A stretch of 63,794 bases of DNA, the filler included, from Rhabdomonas costata (lineage: Eukaryota), in the NCBI GenBank assembly GCA_019059605.1. It is 51 parts of 51 records of this genome, joined end to end, with 100 filler letters (N's around TTAATTAATTAA, not from the genome) between each part and the next. Parts side by side here need not be neighbours in the genome. Positions count along the whole stretch, not along the records: positions 1 to 1,153 come from JAHMHO010025993.1; positions 1,254 to 2,406 come from JAHMHO010025994.1; positions 2,507 to 3,659 come from JAHMHO010025995.1; positions 3,760 to 4,912 come from JAHMHO010025996.1; positions 5,013 to 6,165 come from JAHMHO010025997.1; positions 6,266 to 7,418 come from JAHMHO010025998.1; positions 7,519 to 8,668 come from JAHMHO010025999.1; positions 8,769 to 9,921 come from JAHMHO010026000.1; 43 more parts are not named here. The stretch is one strand, 5' to 3'. The translations under genes were made by a program, and so were the position numbers. The notes beneath the pieces are model-generated. The model searched no databases. It saw nothing but the letters and a program-made list of their open reading frames with translations, and was not told the origin of the DNA. This document shows, one piece after another, positions 1-11,124 of the stretch. The number at the start of each line of letters is the position of its first letter. Positions within the stretch are counted from its first letter, which is position 1.

Positions 1-1153
1 GTTGTTTGTTGTCACCTCATTTCTTCTTTTCCGCTGATCAGCCAACTGGTGCGAGCTGGTAATGTCACAGCTTGCACCCCGAACGGGTTTTGTGGGTCTC
101 CTTTACCTCTCCCATTTCCCTTTCTTGCTTCCGTGTTCCAGCCCTGTCGGTTGAACAGAACTCTGGACATTGCTGTTCACCAGTTGATCTCCTCTTTTCA
201 ATTAAGTTGTGGGCTTATCGCATCGTCAATGACAGGGCGTGTTGCACATTTACGGTTTGCAGTAGAATGCATCGTACTCCTGGCCGGAGCCCCCCACCCC
301 CCATCCTGATCCTGTCAGGAGTTTTGCCAAGGCATGCTGACCCCAGGCTCTCCCGTGGGCTCGTGACTTGCTTCCTTGCTGCCGGTTCGTGTTTGATTGG
401 TGTATGCGTGAAGATGGTGAGGATGTAGGTGGATAGACGAAGGACATATGTTGCGCAAAGAACTGCGGCTGCCGTGGTTCTGGACGGGTGAGTGGACGGT
501 GGGAACGTAACCCAGGCTGTGGTCCGCCCACAACCCCGGAATGGGGCTGCACTACCACACCGAGCTGTACCTTCAGTGCGAGCAGCTGCACCACAACGTC
601 CACCGCTTCCTCTCCGCCACAAGTGCCGTGCGCCCTCTCTCAATAGACCTCTTACCGCACGCTTCCCGTTGATGGATGCAAGAAGGGGGGTTTCGCCAGC
701 TGGAGAGGTGGCCCAGAGCAGGGTTGGCATTTTTTTTTTTGCATAAAATTGCAGGAGTGCGAGCTTTGCAAAATAATGGCAAAGAAATATCTCTTCTCGC
801 CTGTGGACAGGGTTTAAAAGGCTGCAGCGTCTTTCTGCTGCTAACAGTGGAAGGAAGTGATTGGGCGGAGTACTGCCTGGTTTTCCGTCATACGATACCG
901 ACGTTCAATGCAGGAGTGGGAGGGTCCTTTTCGCTGGCTGCGGTCATTGCTTATTGCTTGGGCCGCATCCCACCGATGCCTAACTGTTCGGAGGTGGAAA
1001 ATGCGCCTTCATTTTTGTTGCCAAAAAAAATGGCGTAAACGTTGCCATGATAAAATCGGACCAAACTTTATTTTGCAAAGAAAGCGCTGGTCCTGCCCAG
1101 AGCTGATGAGAGGGGGCTATCCCCAGGTTCCAACCCCCCCCAAACACACACCC

Positions 1154-1253
1154 NNNNNNNNNNNNNNNNNNNNNNNNNNNNNNNNNNNNNNNNNNNNTTA
1201 ATTAATTAANNNNNNNNNNNNNNNNNNNNNNNNNNNNNNNNNNNNNNNNNNNN
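1154..1253. other. Artificial contig spacer N44-TTAATTAATTAA-N44 (first of 50 copies, about every 1,253 bp)
   Basis: The identical 100-bp block recurs at 2407, 3660, 4913 ... 62543. TTAATTAATTAA gives stops in all six frames. The intervening contigs are all 1,150-1,155 bp, consistent with size-sorted concatenation. Confidence 0.99.
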
Positions 1254-4200
1254 GTGTGTGTGTCGTACTGTTGTTGTGTGTTTGGGGTGGGGGTTGGATC
1301 AAAGGTTGAGATTGACTGATGGTACAAGATCACGCAAACTTCCGAATGTCTGCTTTTTCTTCTCATTGTCCTTGATGTGGACGGGAACAACATGCGGAAA
1401 CAAATCGATGAGCAAAGAGAACCCGATGGTTGTTCGCTCTGCATTCTAATTTGGGAGACGAGTCCGATATCTCATACCCATCGAAAAACAGCAACAGCAA
1501 CAGAAGAAATCCCACACGCGTGGAAAAAAAACTCAGAACAAAAATGCACCATAAACCTGAAGGAATCAGAAGAGCAAAATGCTACTTTCAATTGCATTGC
1601 ATTTTCCTGAAACAATTATTTTTGTTTGTTGCCGGAAACGGTTTGCATTGCGCTTGTACCCTTTGGGGATTCATACCATATCGACCATATCGAAACTTCT
1701 CTTTGACAATATTAAGCAAGTTGTCGGGCGAGCTATTCATCACATCGAATGAGCTGACATGAATTGGCACCCACCTTTCCTTAACGAAAGATACTGCACC
1801 CAGCGAATCTGATATATCTTACCTTGATTCAGCAGATGGACATTTTCCAATACTAAAATACTACTTTCGAATATAAATGCAAATCAAAATCAAATTCTCA
1901 GTGTGATTTTTCGCATTGTGAGCATAATTTGCTCTTGGGTAATGAAAGAGAACGGCAAAGAGCCGCAAACCGCCCCACTTCCCTCGAAAAGACCAGCAAC
2001 ACAGCTGCAAGCAGGTGACAGTAGGAGTGTGGCAGAAGAAAATAAACACAAGCCCAAACGCTTGGCTACAGTGCAGGCGATGGATCCTTCAACCTCCGAA
2101 CCCAAAGGTCGGAACCCATCCATGCACACACAGGTGGGGTTGGGGGACTGGCAGAATCTAAAGATGGACAATAAATACGCACTGCTGCGGTTGGCAAGCA
2201 GAGACACGCGGTTTGTATGTATGTACGCAAGTGTGTTCGGAGGAGTGGAGTCACTCGCACCGAACCCTTTCTCCTTTCTCGGGTTGCTACCTCAGCTTTT
2301 GCTGCGATGGCCGAGGAAACCACGAAAATAGATTCAAGTGCAATCGCACCAGTTATTCCGGAAAGCTTCAATAAGCCAAACGCACCCCCCACCCCCACCC
2401 ACACCCNNNNNNNNNNNNNNNNNNNNNNNNNNNNNNNNNNNNNNNNNNNNTTAATTAATTAANNNNNNNNNNNNNNNNNNNNNNNNNNNNNNNNNNNNNN
2501 NNNNNNGTGTTGGGTGTGGTTGGGTGGGGGTGGGACAGTTATGGGCAGCTGGTCCTGTGCAAAATGGACACAAATCCCACGCGCATATGAGGCAGCTGTC
2601 CAAATTCCCCACGAAAGCATAGCTGTGAACCAAAAGTCGCAACTCCTGAACAGAAAGCATCCACTCGGACAGCGGTTTATTCTACACAGACGGCACCGGA
2701 CAGACAATTACATGACGGTGGAGTCCAACCTGATTCGCTTTACGGCTGAAAAGGAAAACAAACACCTTGGACAAGATTCGAGTCCAGGATAAACTTTTGC
2801 TCACCAGCCATGTGCCTGAAGCATAACCGACGCGCTGGACTTCTTTTTTCTCGGTTTTCAACGTTTTTTTTTTCCTTTTTAGCTTTTGTGTGGAACGACG
2901 CAGCGGTGAGAGAAGACAAGAACGTCTTCCGAGGTGCTGGACACTGATGAGTGACACGCTTTCGCTTGAGGAGGTGACGAGGGGTGACGTTCGGTTCTCC
3001 AAAGCGGGCGCTTAACCTCATTGTGGCATAACAGTATACAGTACAGATCCTCTCGGCCAGTTCAGTGAAGTGGCCTGCCTTTGAAACACATACACACACA
3101 GAGAGAACATGAGAGCATGTGGCTCTCCTCTGCTCCCTTTCCCGGTGGAAAGGACAGCAGCTGTACAGCAGAAAAAGTGTACAACAAAAAGTGTGCAAAG
3201 GTTTGGAGAATCGCCTCCAGAAATCTATGAGAGGCTCCCCCATACATTGAGAGCACCTCTCACAGATCCGAAAGTAAACGTGGAGACACACAAATGGAAA
3301 GACAGCGGGCAGCACTTCACAATGCTGTCCTCTCCACGGTCCGACAACGAGGGACGGGCGGGGGGAGGGGAGAGGGTCCAAGAACGGATCCATCGGCTGT
3401 AACTGCCTCACAAAGGGAACTGTGGCATCAAAAGAAGCAGCTGTCCCCAAGGGAAGCTGAGCCAGAGAAAAGAGTCTGTACACCGTGTCCGAGCAAAACA
3501 GCGTGGCCTAGAAGGAGCTGGGGAGGGGTGAAATGAAGCAGCACGCAACATCATCGTGTCAAAGGTGCACGGATGGACCAGTGCACCCCAGGGGCGGGTC
3601 GAGGGAAACAGAATTGGAAGGTGGCAAACAATCCATCACAGGGAACATATTCTAAAAAANNNNNNNNNNNNNNNNNNNNNNNNNNNNNNNNNNNNNNNNN
3701 NNNTTAATTAATTAANNNNNNNNNNNNNNNNNNNNNNNNNNNNNNNNNNNNNNNNNNNNCCAGTGGCGCCGTCGGTCTCCACACCAGAGGAAGGGACGGG
3801 GGCAGTAGTCCCTAAGTCTTGCCTGTGTAGCCATATTCGGTCAGTCCGTGTGCGGTGTGCCCTTCGGGAGCGGGAACATGGAAGCCGTAGAATATCCCCT
3901 GTGCTTGGTCCTCCTCCTTGGTTATCTTCCATTCCGTCCCTTCGTTTCTCTTCACTCCCTTCGTCGCGTCTATCCTGCTTTGCTTACTAGTTTGGACCCC
4001 CTTACTAGTTTGGACCACCGCTTTGGCGCACCCCTCTCTCTTATGCAAAACCTCTCGCTTTTTTTTTTTTGCTTTTGTAACTTATTGGCTTCACTGCCTT
4101 CAACTTTGGACAACTTTTGTCGCTAATATAAACATTTGACCGTGAAATACAAAGAGCATCCCCAAAGAAACCCTGCGCGGCCTTGCGTCGGTGAGCCTTC

Positions 4201-4282
4201 CACTGGCGGTTTCTCAGTTGTTTTGGGGGTTCAAGGGATGGGCTGCGCTATCCTCATGTTGTGGGGGTGGGGATTGTTACAG

Positions 4283-4912
4283 AGCAAACCCCTGGAGAGC
4301 GCGTGTGCGACGCCTGGATCCCGGTGTATGTGACCGAGAAGCACCGCCATGGCGAGCGGGTGTGGTGTGTTGCGGTGCTGTGTCTCGCAAGGACCTCAAT
4401 GCTGGTGAATTTCCATTCCAGAGACCGAACAGCGTTTACCGCGCGATCTATCATCTTGGGTCCCACGGCGACCTTCCCTTACCCTTGCACTCAAAATAGG
4501 AATAGCACCCGCGAAAATGTATGTGATACATACATTTCTATCTCCCGCCTCTCCACCGGTCTCTCCTCTCACTTGGCTTTTTGACTTCTTTCTTGTTTAG
4601 ATGTGTGGCTTGACGCACCTCTCTCTGTTGTGCAAAATCTCTCTTGCCTTTTCTTCATCGTAGCTTCTTGGCGACTCTGCTTTCGAACAACCCACCACGC
4701 TGACCAGCTATATTCGATGCATGGATCGCATTGGTATAGGCGCTGGACGCCCTGCGGCCCGCATCGGAGGTCATCATGAGGGCCCCTCCGACGTACGACG
4801 CCGTGGTGGACGTGCTGTGCAGCGCGATGTTGGCAGCAAGCTTTGGATTATTCCTATCGGCGCGACCCCGGGGCAGCCTGCAGCTGTTCTGCTACTTCCA
4901 CCACCAACCCCC
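4283..4912 (+). CDS. Putative exon fragments of an uncharacterised protein (QTPGERVCDAWIPVYVTEKHRHGER; RAPPTYDAVVDVLCSAML)
   Basis: GC-rich, codon-like segments. The first follows ACAG and ends at GTGTGG. No confident family assignment. Confidence 0.35.
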
Positions 4913-6701
4913 NNNNNNNNNNNNNNNNNNNNNNNNNNNNNNNNNNNNNNNNNNNNTTAATTAATTAANNNNNNNNNNNNNNNNNNNNNNNNNNNNNNNN
5001 NNNNNNNNNNNNGGGTTTTGGGGGCGCCATAATGTTTGAGGCTCTTTACTCATCGCAGCTGAAGCATACGTGGGTAAGTTGTTCCTAATCACCAGCGGGC
5101 GGTGTTAGTGAAAAAGAAAGGCGCAGGTTGGGGACAAAATTTGGACTCTTCCACTCATTCCAAAAAGAATCTGTCTCTCCACCTTCCCAAGATCCAAGAT
5201 GAAAGGCTGAAGGCAAAATGAAGTACGCTGTCAAGGTTTTTGGGCAAAGCCGAAGCAGGCCCGGGGCTTTTCTATCCAAAGTTCAATGGTACGGATTCCT
5301 TAACAGCCTTTCCCAAGGTCCCTAACGACACCACTACTTCGCAGGCGGCACCACCCCACTGTTGCTCGACACTCACCATTTCACGAATCTCCGCCAAGGA
5401 GAAGCATTGTGGCTCATCGGGATCGGTCGCACCCGCCGCGTGAGGGCTCTTCGCCTTTTTCGAGAATCGAGCAGTGGGGGACAGAGCTCGGGGTCTGTAC
5501 CCCGCCGAGAAGGCCCGGGAGGACATTCCTATGTCTCTAATTCAAAGTCAAAGTGACTATGATGCGAACGGCTGGGCGTTGCCCAGTGCCCCGCATCCGT
5601 TTCCCACAGCTGTTGGAAGTGAATAAACCAAGCAGGCAGCTCGAGTGCACTCACGAAGTTGGAAAGTGTGAGGCCAAAACACGAACAAGACCTGGAAAAA
5701 AGAAGGATGCATACTTAATTTGAGGGGAAGGGGGGCAGGCATGGTGGACAAGCCAGGGAAGTAGTGTTGTCGGGAACAGACGGAGATGGACCGGGTACTG
5801 CACACCAACTCACACCCGCTTTCCCTAACTTTTTCCCTCCTCCCGCTCAGTGTTTCCTTCCATTACAGATCTGACACCGAATTTCGCGCCGACCGCAAGT
5901 TCCCCGACCCCGACCCTAAGTTCTGATTACAATTGTTCCTAAACAAAAAATTGTCCTTCAATTTCCCTGGCGAACTCAAACGATAGCCTTTTCTTAAGCC
6001 TCCTCGTGCAGGTTTCACATCTCCAATTTCGCACTCTCAATTCTCGCCAACCTATGGATTTCTTCCAGCAGACAACCTGAAACGGCCCAAACAGTAAAAG
6101 GAGTATGGGGCGGTCTGCCTCTGCAATAAGGTAAGATAAGATAAGGTAAGGTATACCAACACAACNNNNNNNNNNNNNNNNNNNNNNNNNNNNNNNNNNN
6201 NNNNNNNNNTTAATTAATTAANNNNNNNNNNNNNNNNNNNNNNNNNNNNNNNNNNNNNNNNNNNNAGGGGGGGGGTGGCGGGTGGCATTGAAGATGGGTT
6301 GGGGAGTGGATCATTCAGTGACTTTCTTTTTTCTGATGGGGCTACGAAATAGTGCATGTTTGGGCAATTTGGGACGCACTCCGTTTCAGAACGAAAGGAC
6401 AGCCACCTCATCTCCCTTCCCACAACTACCCTCCATCACCCTCTTGTGTGTTGTTTTTGGTGTGGGTTGGCAATCCTTTTTGCCTCTTGCTGGAACCCCG
6501 AAATTAGTGCCCCGTCTGGTGGAAGCGTGCCACGCTGTAATGGGAGGTGGTAGTCCTCAAGAATCGACCGAATGGATGTGATTGCTGCCTCTGCGACCAA
6601 GCGGGGATGCCGTTCTCCGTAGGCCACTGCTCTCAACCTCTTTTGGGCGGGCCCTTTGGTAGGGATTTATTTTTTCCCTCTCTACCTTTATATTCGTGCA
6701 G

Positions 6702-7418
6702 GACCTGTGAGGCCCACCTTAGTTTCGTTCTCCTCTTCCCTGACCTGCACCCTGACAACCACCACGCTGCGGTGCACTTGCCCGGCCAGGGGTCGAAAGA
6801 AGGTCACCTTGAACCTCGCCGTCCCCCGAAACTATACTGTGGCTACAGGCGACCCATCCCCTGCCATCGTGGTCAGCGTTGTGATGGTCGACGACGTGAA
6901 CCCAGGTGTGCCTCAGCGGTAATCTGAAACATTCGAACGCACAGGAAGCCCCTTGCACGGGAGGTGCAATTGGTTAAAAGCACCTCTCCAGCTCCCTTCA
7001 TAGGGCGTTGTTTGTGGTTTGAGTGAATTGGACGGACGGCTAGCCTCTGGTTTAGCCGCTGTGTTGTGCCGTTTCGTATGGGTTCCACGGGACGAATTTG
7101 GATGAGAGAATGGGCATCGGCTTTGCCCGTCAGCTGTGCGAAGGCTCAAGGTTGTTGAGCGAAGGCTCAAGGTCGTTGAGCATTTGGGTCCCACCCATAG
7201 CGCAGTGCTCAAAAACCGTTTGGCTTTCTTGTATGCTGGCTTCCATTGAAGCCTGAAGTGATGACTAGCCAGAAGTTGCTTTCGGGTGTGCTTTTTCACC
7301 CGCGCTTTTGCTCTCTCCCTCTCTCTCCACTTCTCTCCCCGGTCCATACCCCCAGACCATGTGGTGATGAACAGCTCCTTCAGCACTGTGGTAACCACCC
7401 CGGATATCGCGATAAGCC
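6702..7418 (+). CDS. Two exons of an extracellular Ig-like/DUF11-like repeat protein
   Basis: Exons 6702-6905 and 7356->7418 are joined by a phase-1 GT-AG intron (6906-7355). The join reads ...TCTLTTTTLRCTCPARGRKKVTLNLAVPRNYTVATGDPSPAIVVSVVMVDDVNP-D-HVVMNSSFSTVVTTPDIAIS, a beta-rich pattern resembling DUF11. Confidence 0.6.
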
Positions 7419-7523
7419 NNNNNNNNNNNNNNNNNNNNNNNNNNNNNNNNNNNNNNNNNNNNTTAATTAATTAANNNNNNNNNNNNNNNNNNNNNNNNNN
7501 NNNNNNNNNNNNNNNNNNGTGGG

Positions 7524-7628
7524 GGTGGTTAAAAATACGGGGTCAACGGTGACGAGTGGTAAAAAAAAAATAGTGCACTATTGTTTTTTTTACCACTCGT
7601 CACCGTTGCCCCCGTACTTTCCACCACC
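7524..7628. repeat. ~105-bp imperfect palindrome centred on TAGTGCACTA
   Basis: CAACGGTGACGAGTGGT-A10-TAGTG pairs with CACTA-TTGTTTTTTTT-ACCACTCGTCACCGTTG. The outer arms are imperfect. Confidence 0.9.
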
Positions 7629-8022
7629 AGTTTTCTACTCTCACAGTGAAAGGGCAGAGTGGTGACGAAGATCTCATGGGAGAGATGGGGGCGCAACCAA
7701 GGCTACCAGTGTCAAAAGCAACAGGCTAGTCTTCATAAATATGCATGTCATACGACATGCAGATATATCGGTGATGTTTCTTGAATCCAGAGAAAAGGAA
7801 GCGCAGCTAGGGAGATTTCGGATTTTCCTTCATACCATACACATGGCGCTATGTATGCCTCAAACATCACCAAAAAGACTGATACCAGATTACCTTGCGA
7901 TATCTAAACTTCGGAAATATATTTTTTAGCTGCAATGCACTTTAAACAAAACACCGGGTCGCGGGACAATTTGACATCAAACGAAAATTTCAGCGAAACA
8001 TACATACCATTCTGTCACGCGG

Positions 8023-8505
8023 TCACTTCGACATTCGAAGAACACCATCGCGAGGCATCTCCCCGGACTCAACGTGCCTGCAGCACTCCACTAGCTTACT
8101 CGACGGGTAGTCCAAGGAAAGAATTGATAACGCTTCCTGAAACCAAGGCAGCGCTTCTTGCGAGTAGCCTTCGCTGAACAGCGCAATGCCCTGCAACAAA
8201 TAAAAAGCAATGTAGATTTCGGCCTCTTCTGGCACACGAGCAACTTGATTGATTGCTTCAAATCGATGTGTGTGTTTTATTATCACTGGAGATGAACCAG
8301 CCAACACCTCGAGGACTGACGGAGAAAAACCCTTTTTGGCGAACTTACGACGCTCTTGTTGGGTGTGCCTTTTTGTTTGAAAATTTGACACTTTCGGACT
8401 TACTAGAGGTTTTTCGGCGGAGAAAAATCTACACTGAGCTACACAAAGGCGGTGACTTCTCCTTGTTCTGAAAAGCGTACCCCAAAAACATTGTCTCGTT
8501 GGCAT
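8023..8505 (-). CDS. Possible coding fragment with one TPR-like motif
   Basis: YLLQGIALFSEGYSQEALPWFQEALSI fits TPR spacing (G..L...G...EA...F..AL). The rest of the ORF is unrecognised. Confidence 0.3.
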   Translation of the reverse strand: MPTRQCFWGTLFRTRRSHRLCVAQCRFFSAEKPLVSPKVSNFQTKRHTQQERRKFAKKGFSPSVLEVLAGSSPVIIKHTHRFEAINQVARVPEEAEIYIAFYLLQGIALFSEGYSQEALPWFQEALSILSLDYPSSKLVECCRHVESGEMPRDGVLRMSK

Positions 8506-9302
8506 CCCAAAGCACCTGAACTTCGCCCCTATCTGGATTTGCGTTTTCAGGAGTATTCCAGGGGAGAAACTGGTGTTTGGTGCGCACTAGATTACTCGTA
8601 ATCCAACCTTTTGAGTTCGCCAAATAAAAGTGTCCACCGCGATATCTACGAGCAGCTCAAAGTATTGANNNNNNNNNNNNNNNNNNNNNNNNNNNNNNNN
8701 NNNNNNNNNNNNTTAATTAATTAANNNNNNNNNNNNNNNNNNNNNNNNNNNNNNNNNNNNNNNNNNNNTGTTGGGGGGGACTGATCTGTTGGGGGACGGG
8801 TTGGGGTCTGTAATCTGGTCTTCCCGGGAACCTCGAATGCCTTGTTGGGCACCCCAGAAGTTCTAAAACCAAGCCCAAGCAGAGGCTCTATTGTTGTAAG
8901 GCGAAAAAGTCTTGAAAGGTGGAGCCCGGTCCGAATTTGTAACCGGGAGTGGCTTTCTGCTGTCGGATCTCAGGCTTTGCTTTGTTCTTGCGGCCAGGGC
9001 ATCCCACACCACGGAACACCTGCACTGGGGGTGGATTTTGGCTTGCTTCTGGACATAGCTGCGCACTTCTGTCCCATCTTTACCCCTATAGGCTGACTGG
9101 ATGAAGAGGGGGTGCCGGCGGGGTTGCTTGCCGAACACTGCTCCCACACGGGAATTGAATAACATCATTCCACAAGTGGTCTTCCAAGATGAGTCTTTGT
9201 GACAGGACCAACGGCTCCGAGAAAGCGTATGTATTTGGGAGACAGATGTCCTGTTTGCTGCTGCTCTGCAGCCATCTTTCCCATCTTTTGCTGTCTTCGC
9301 TG

Positions 9303-9570
9303 ATGGCTGCACTTCCCCGAGGGGTCCTCCCTTTGCTCTGGGTTACGGTTGTGGCCGTGGTGGGGGTGTTTGTCCCGGGGTGTGCGGCCTCGGGTAGCTG
9401 TGGCGGGGGGCAGGTCAACTGCTCGCGCCACTGCTGCCCTGCCGGCTTCACGTGTGGGACAGCACCGGGGGCGTGCCTGGGATGCCCCACCAGCTCGCCG
9501 GTCAACTGCGGAAATGGCTACTGCTGCCCCACGGGCCACACTTGCGGTGTCTTGGGGCAGTGCAAGTCAG
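9303..9570 (+). CDS. First exon of a secreted cysteine-rich protein with granulin-like CCPxGxTC repeats
   Basis: Signal-peptide-like MAALPRGVLPLLWVTVVAVVGVFVPGCAA, then CGGGQVNCSRHCCPAGFTCG and CPTSSPVNCGNGYCCPTGHTCG. The exon ends at CAG|GTGTGG. There is a pyrimidine tract plus AG at 9270-9271 upstream of the ATG. Confidence 0.7.
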
Positions 9571-10052
9571 GTGTGGCTGTGGTGACCACGTGGGTGTCGG
9601 TAATGAGTTATGCCTTTTGCAAGATGAAATTAGTTGACACCAATTGGATATTGCCGAAAACCAATTCAACGCCCCCAATCCCCAACCTGAACTCCCAATC
9701 TGAACTTGCACATGCAATTCTCCCTATCCGATAGAACAAGGCCAACTGCTTTCATTCTGCTGTGCATTGCTTGGGACTCACATGGTTCACATGGTGACGT
9801 CAGTGCAGCTGCAGCTCATTCTACGTTTAGTGTGAGAGCCAGGCTGGGGAAATCGCCCCCGTCTCGGGTCCACAAATTTCATCTTGCAAAAGGCATAACT
9901 CATTACCGACACCCACCAACCNNNNNNNNNNNNNNNNNNNNNNNNNNNNNNNNNNNNNNNNNNNNTTAATTAATTAANNNNNNNNNNNNNNNNNNNNNNN
10001 NNNNNNNNNNNNNNNNNNNNNAGTGGGAAAAAGCAAAGCTCGCACGAGCTCG

Positions 10053-10110
10053 AGGCCTGGGATGCTCACAGACCTGCTCTGAAAGGTGACGAGGACTTTT
10101 GCTGAGGTCT
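10053..10110 (+). ncRNA. Box C/D snoRNA, functional homologue of SNORD25/snR56 (SSU rRNA Gm1490 human / Gm1428 yeast)
   Basis: Degenerate C box GGGATGC, guide TCACAGACCTGCT directly before D' CTGA (10079-82), C' TGACGA, D CTGA (10102-05), terminal stem AGGCC/GGTCT. The guide complements SSU CAGGUCUGUGA, and the D+5 rule hits the same G as U25. Confidence 0.85.
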
Positions 10111-10306
10111 GGCACTGTGGCTTGTGGCTGCCTGCAGCGTTGACCGGTTTGCACTTTTTTGTTTCCTACCCGCCCACACTGGGTGTGGTGCCCCATGGGC
10201 TTCGAACAGCGGCAGGGTAAGGTTCCGCGTTTTTGTCCGTTTTCTTCATTTTCCTTTGATGCCATGCCCACGTTTGCTTTTCCGTCATCGCTGTCTTGAT
10301 CAGCTT

Positions 10307-10374
10307 TCTCACCAGGATGTTTATCGCAGACTGGTACTGACATTTCTGAAGTGAATCCACGGCTGAGTGTGAGA
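10307..10374 (+). ncRNA. Box C/D snoRNA candidate 2
   Basis: Terminal stem TCTCAC/GTGAGA, degenerate C box AGGATGT, D' CTGA 10337-40, D CTGA 10363-66. Size matches the neighbouring snoRNA. Confidence 0.7.
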
Positions 10375-10512
10375 TTCGTGCTTCACGTCGTGCATTCGAA
10401 TCCCGGATACGCTTCTGTGCACACGCGTGTTCCGGTGGTTTTTGTCGAGGTTTCTTCGTGTTTTGTGCGAGTTTCTGGGCAGCGTCCATCTCGGGTTTTG
10501 GTTTTGTTATGT

Positions 10513-10579
10513 GCCGATGATGACAATTGCTACTGACTCACCCTGAAGAAGATGACAGTCACCTTCGCTGAACCCCGGA
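10513..10579 (+). ncRNA. Box C/D snoRNA candidate 3
   Basis: Canonical C box ATGATGA 10517-23, D' CTGA 10533-36, C'-like TGAAGA/AGATGA, D CTGA 10568-71. Confidence 0.75.
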
Positions 10580-10802
10580 GCCGCACTGTTTGGTTTTTAG
10601 CTTTTTAGGGCGAGGCGTTCGAACGCAGTGAGTCAACTTTTGAGCGGCCTTTTTTTCCTGTGGACTTTTGCTGTGGGGGTGGAGGTGTGCAGCTGCAGTG
10701 CGCAGGTTGGCCAAGCCTGGGGAACGGTTTTTTGAGCTGCCTCTCCAGGCTCTATCGAACGGGAGGCCAGGAGTGGGAAAAAGCAAAGCTCGCACGAGCT
10801 CG

Positions 10803-10860
10803 AGGCCTGGGATGCTCACAGACCTGCTCTGAAAGGTGACGAGGACTTTTGCTGAGGTCT
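10803..10860 (+). ncRNA. Second copy of the SNORD25/snR56-like C/D snoRNA
   Basis: Identical to 10053-10110, offset 750 bp. Confidence 0.85.
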
Positions 10861-11056
10861 GGCACTGTGGCTTGTGGCTGCCTGCAGCGTTGACCGGTTT
10901 GCACTTTTTTGTTTCCTACCCGCCCACACTGGGTGTGGTGCCCCATGGGCTTCGAACAGCGGCAGGGTAAGGTTCCGCGTTTTTGTCCGTTTTCTTCATT
11001 TTCCTTTGATGCCATGCCCACGTTTGCTTTTCCGTCATCGCTGTCTTGATCAGCTT

Positions 11057-11124
11057 TCTCACCAGGATGTTTATCGCAGACTGGTACTGACATTTCTGAA
11101 GTGAATCCACGGCTGAGTGTGAGA
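11057..11124 (+). ncRNA. Second copy of C/D snoRNA candidate 2
   Basis: Identical to 10307-10374, offset 750 bp. Confidence 0.7.

Noticed and set aside
2507-2530. G/T-rich contig ends as telomeres of gene-sized chromosomes
   Set aside because: There is no fixed repeat unit, the ends match a WGA primer pattern, and exons are cut mid-sequence at these ends.
2740-3483. Long ORF-track entries such as 2740-3483, 22981-23664, 16584-17204 and 62595-63323
   Set aside because: They are low-complexity intronic translations or antisense shadows of real exons, with no family motifs.
3985-7180. Short two-copy tandem duplications (18 bp at ~3985, 21 bp at ~7138)
   Set aside because: Ordinary slippage duplications in non-coding DNA, with no spacer structure.
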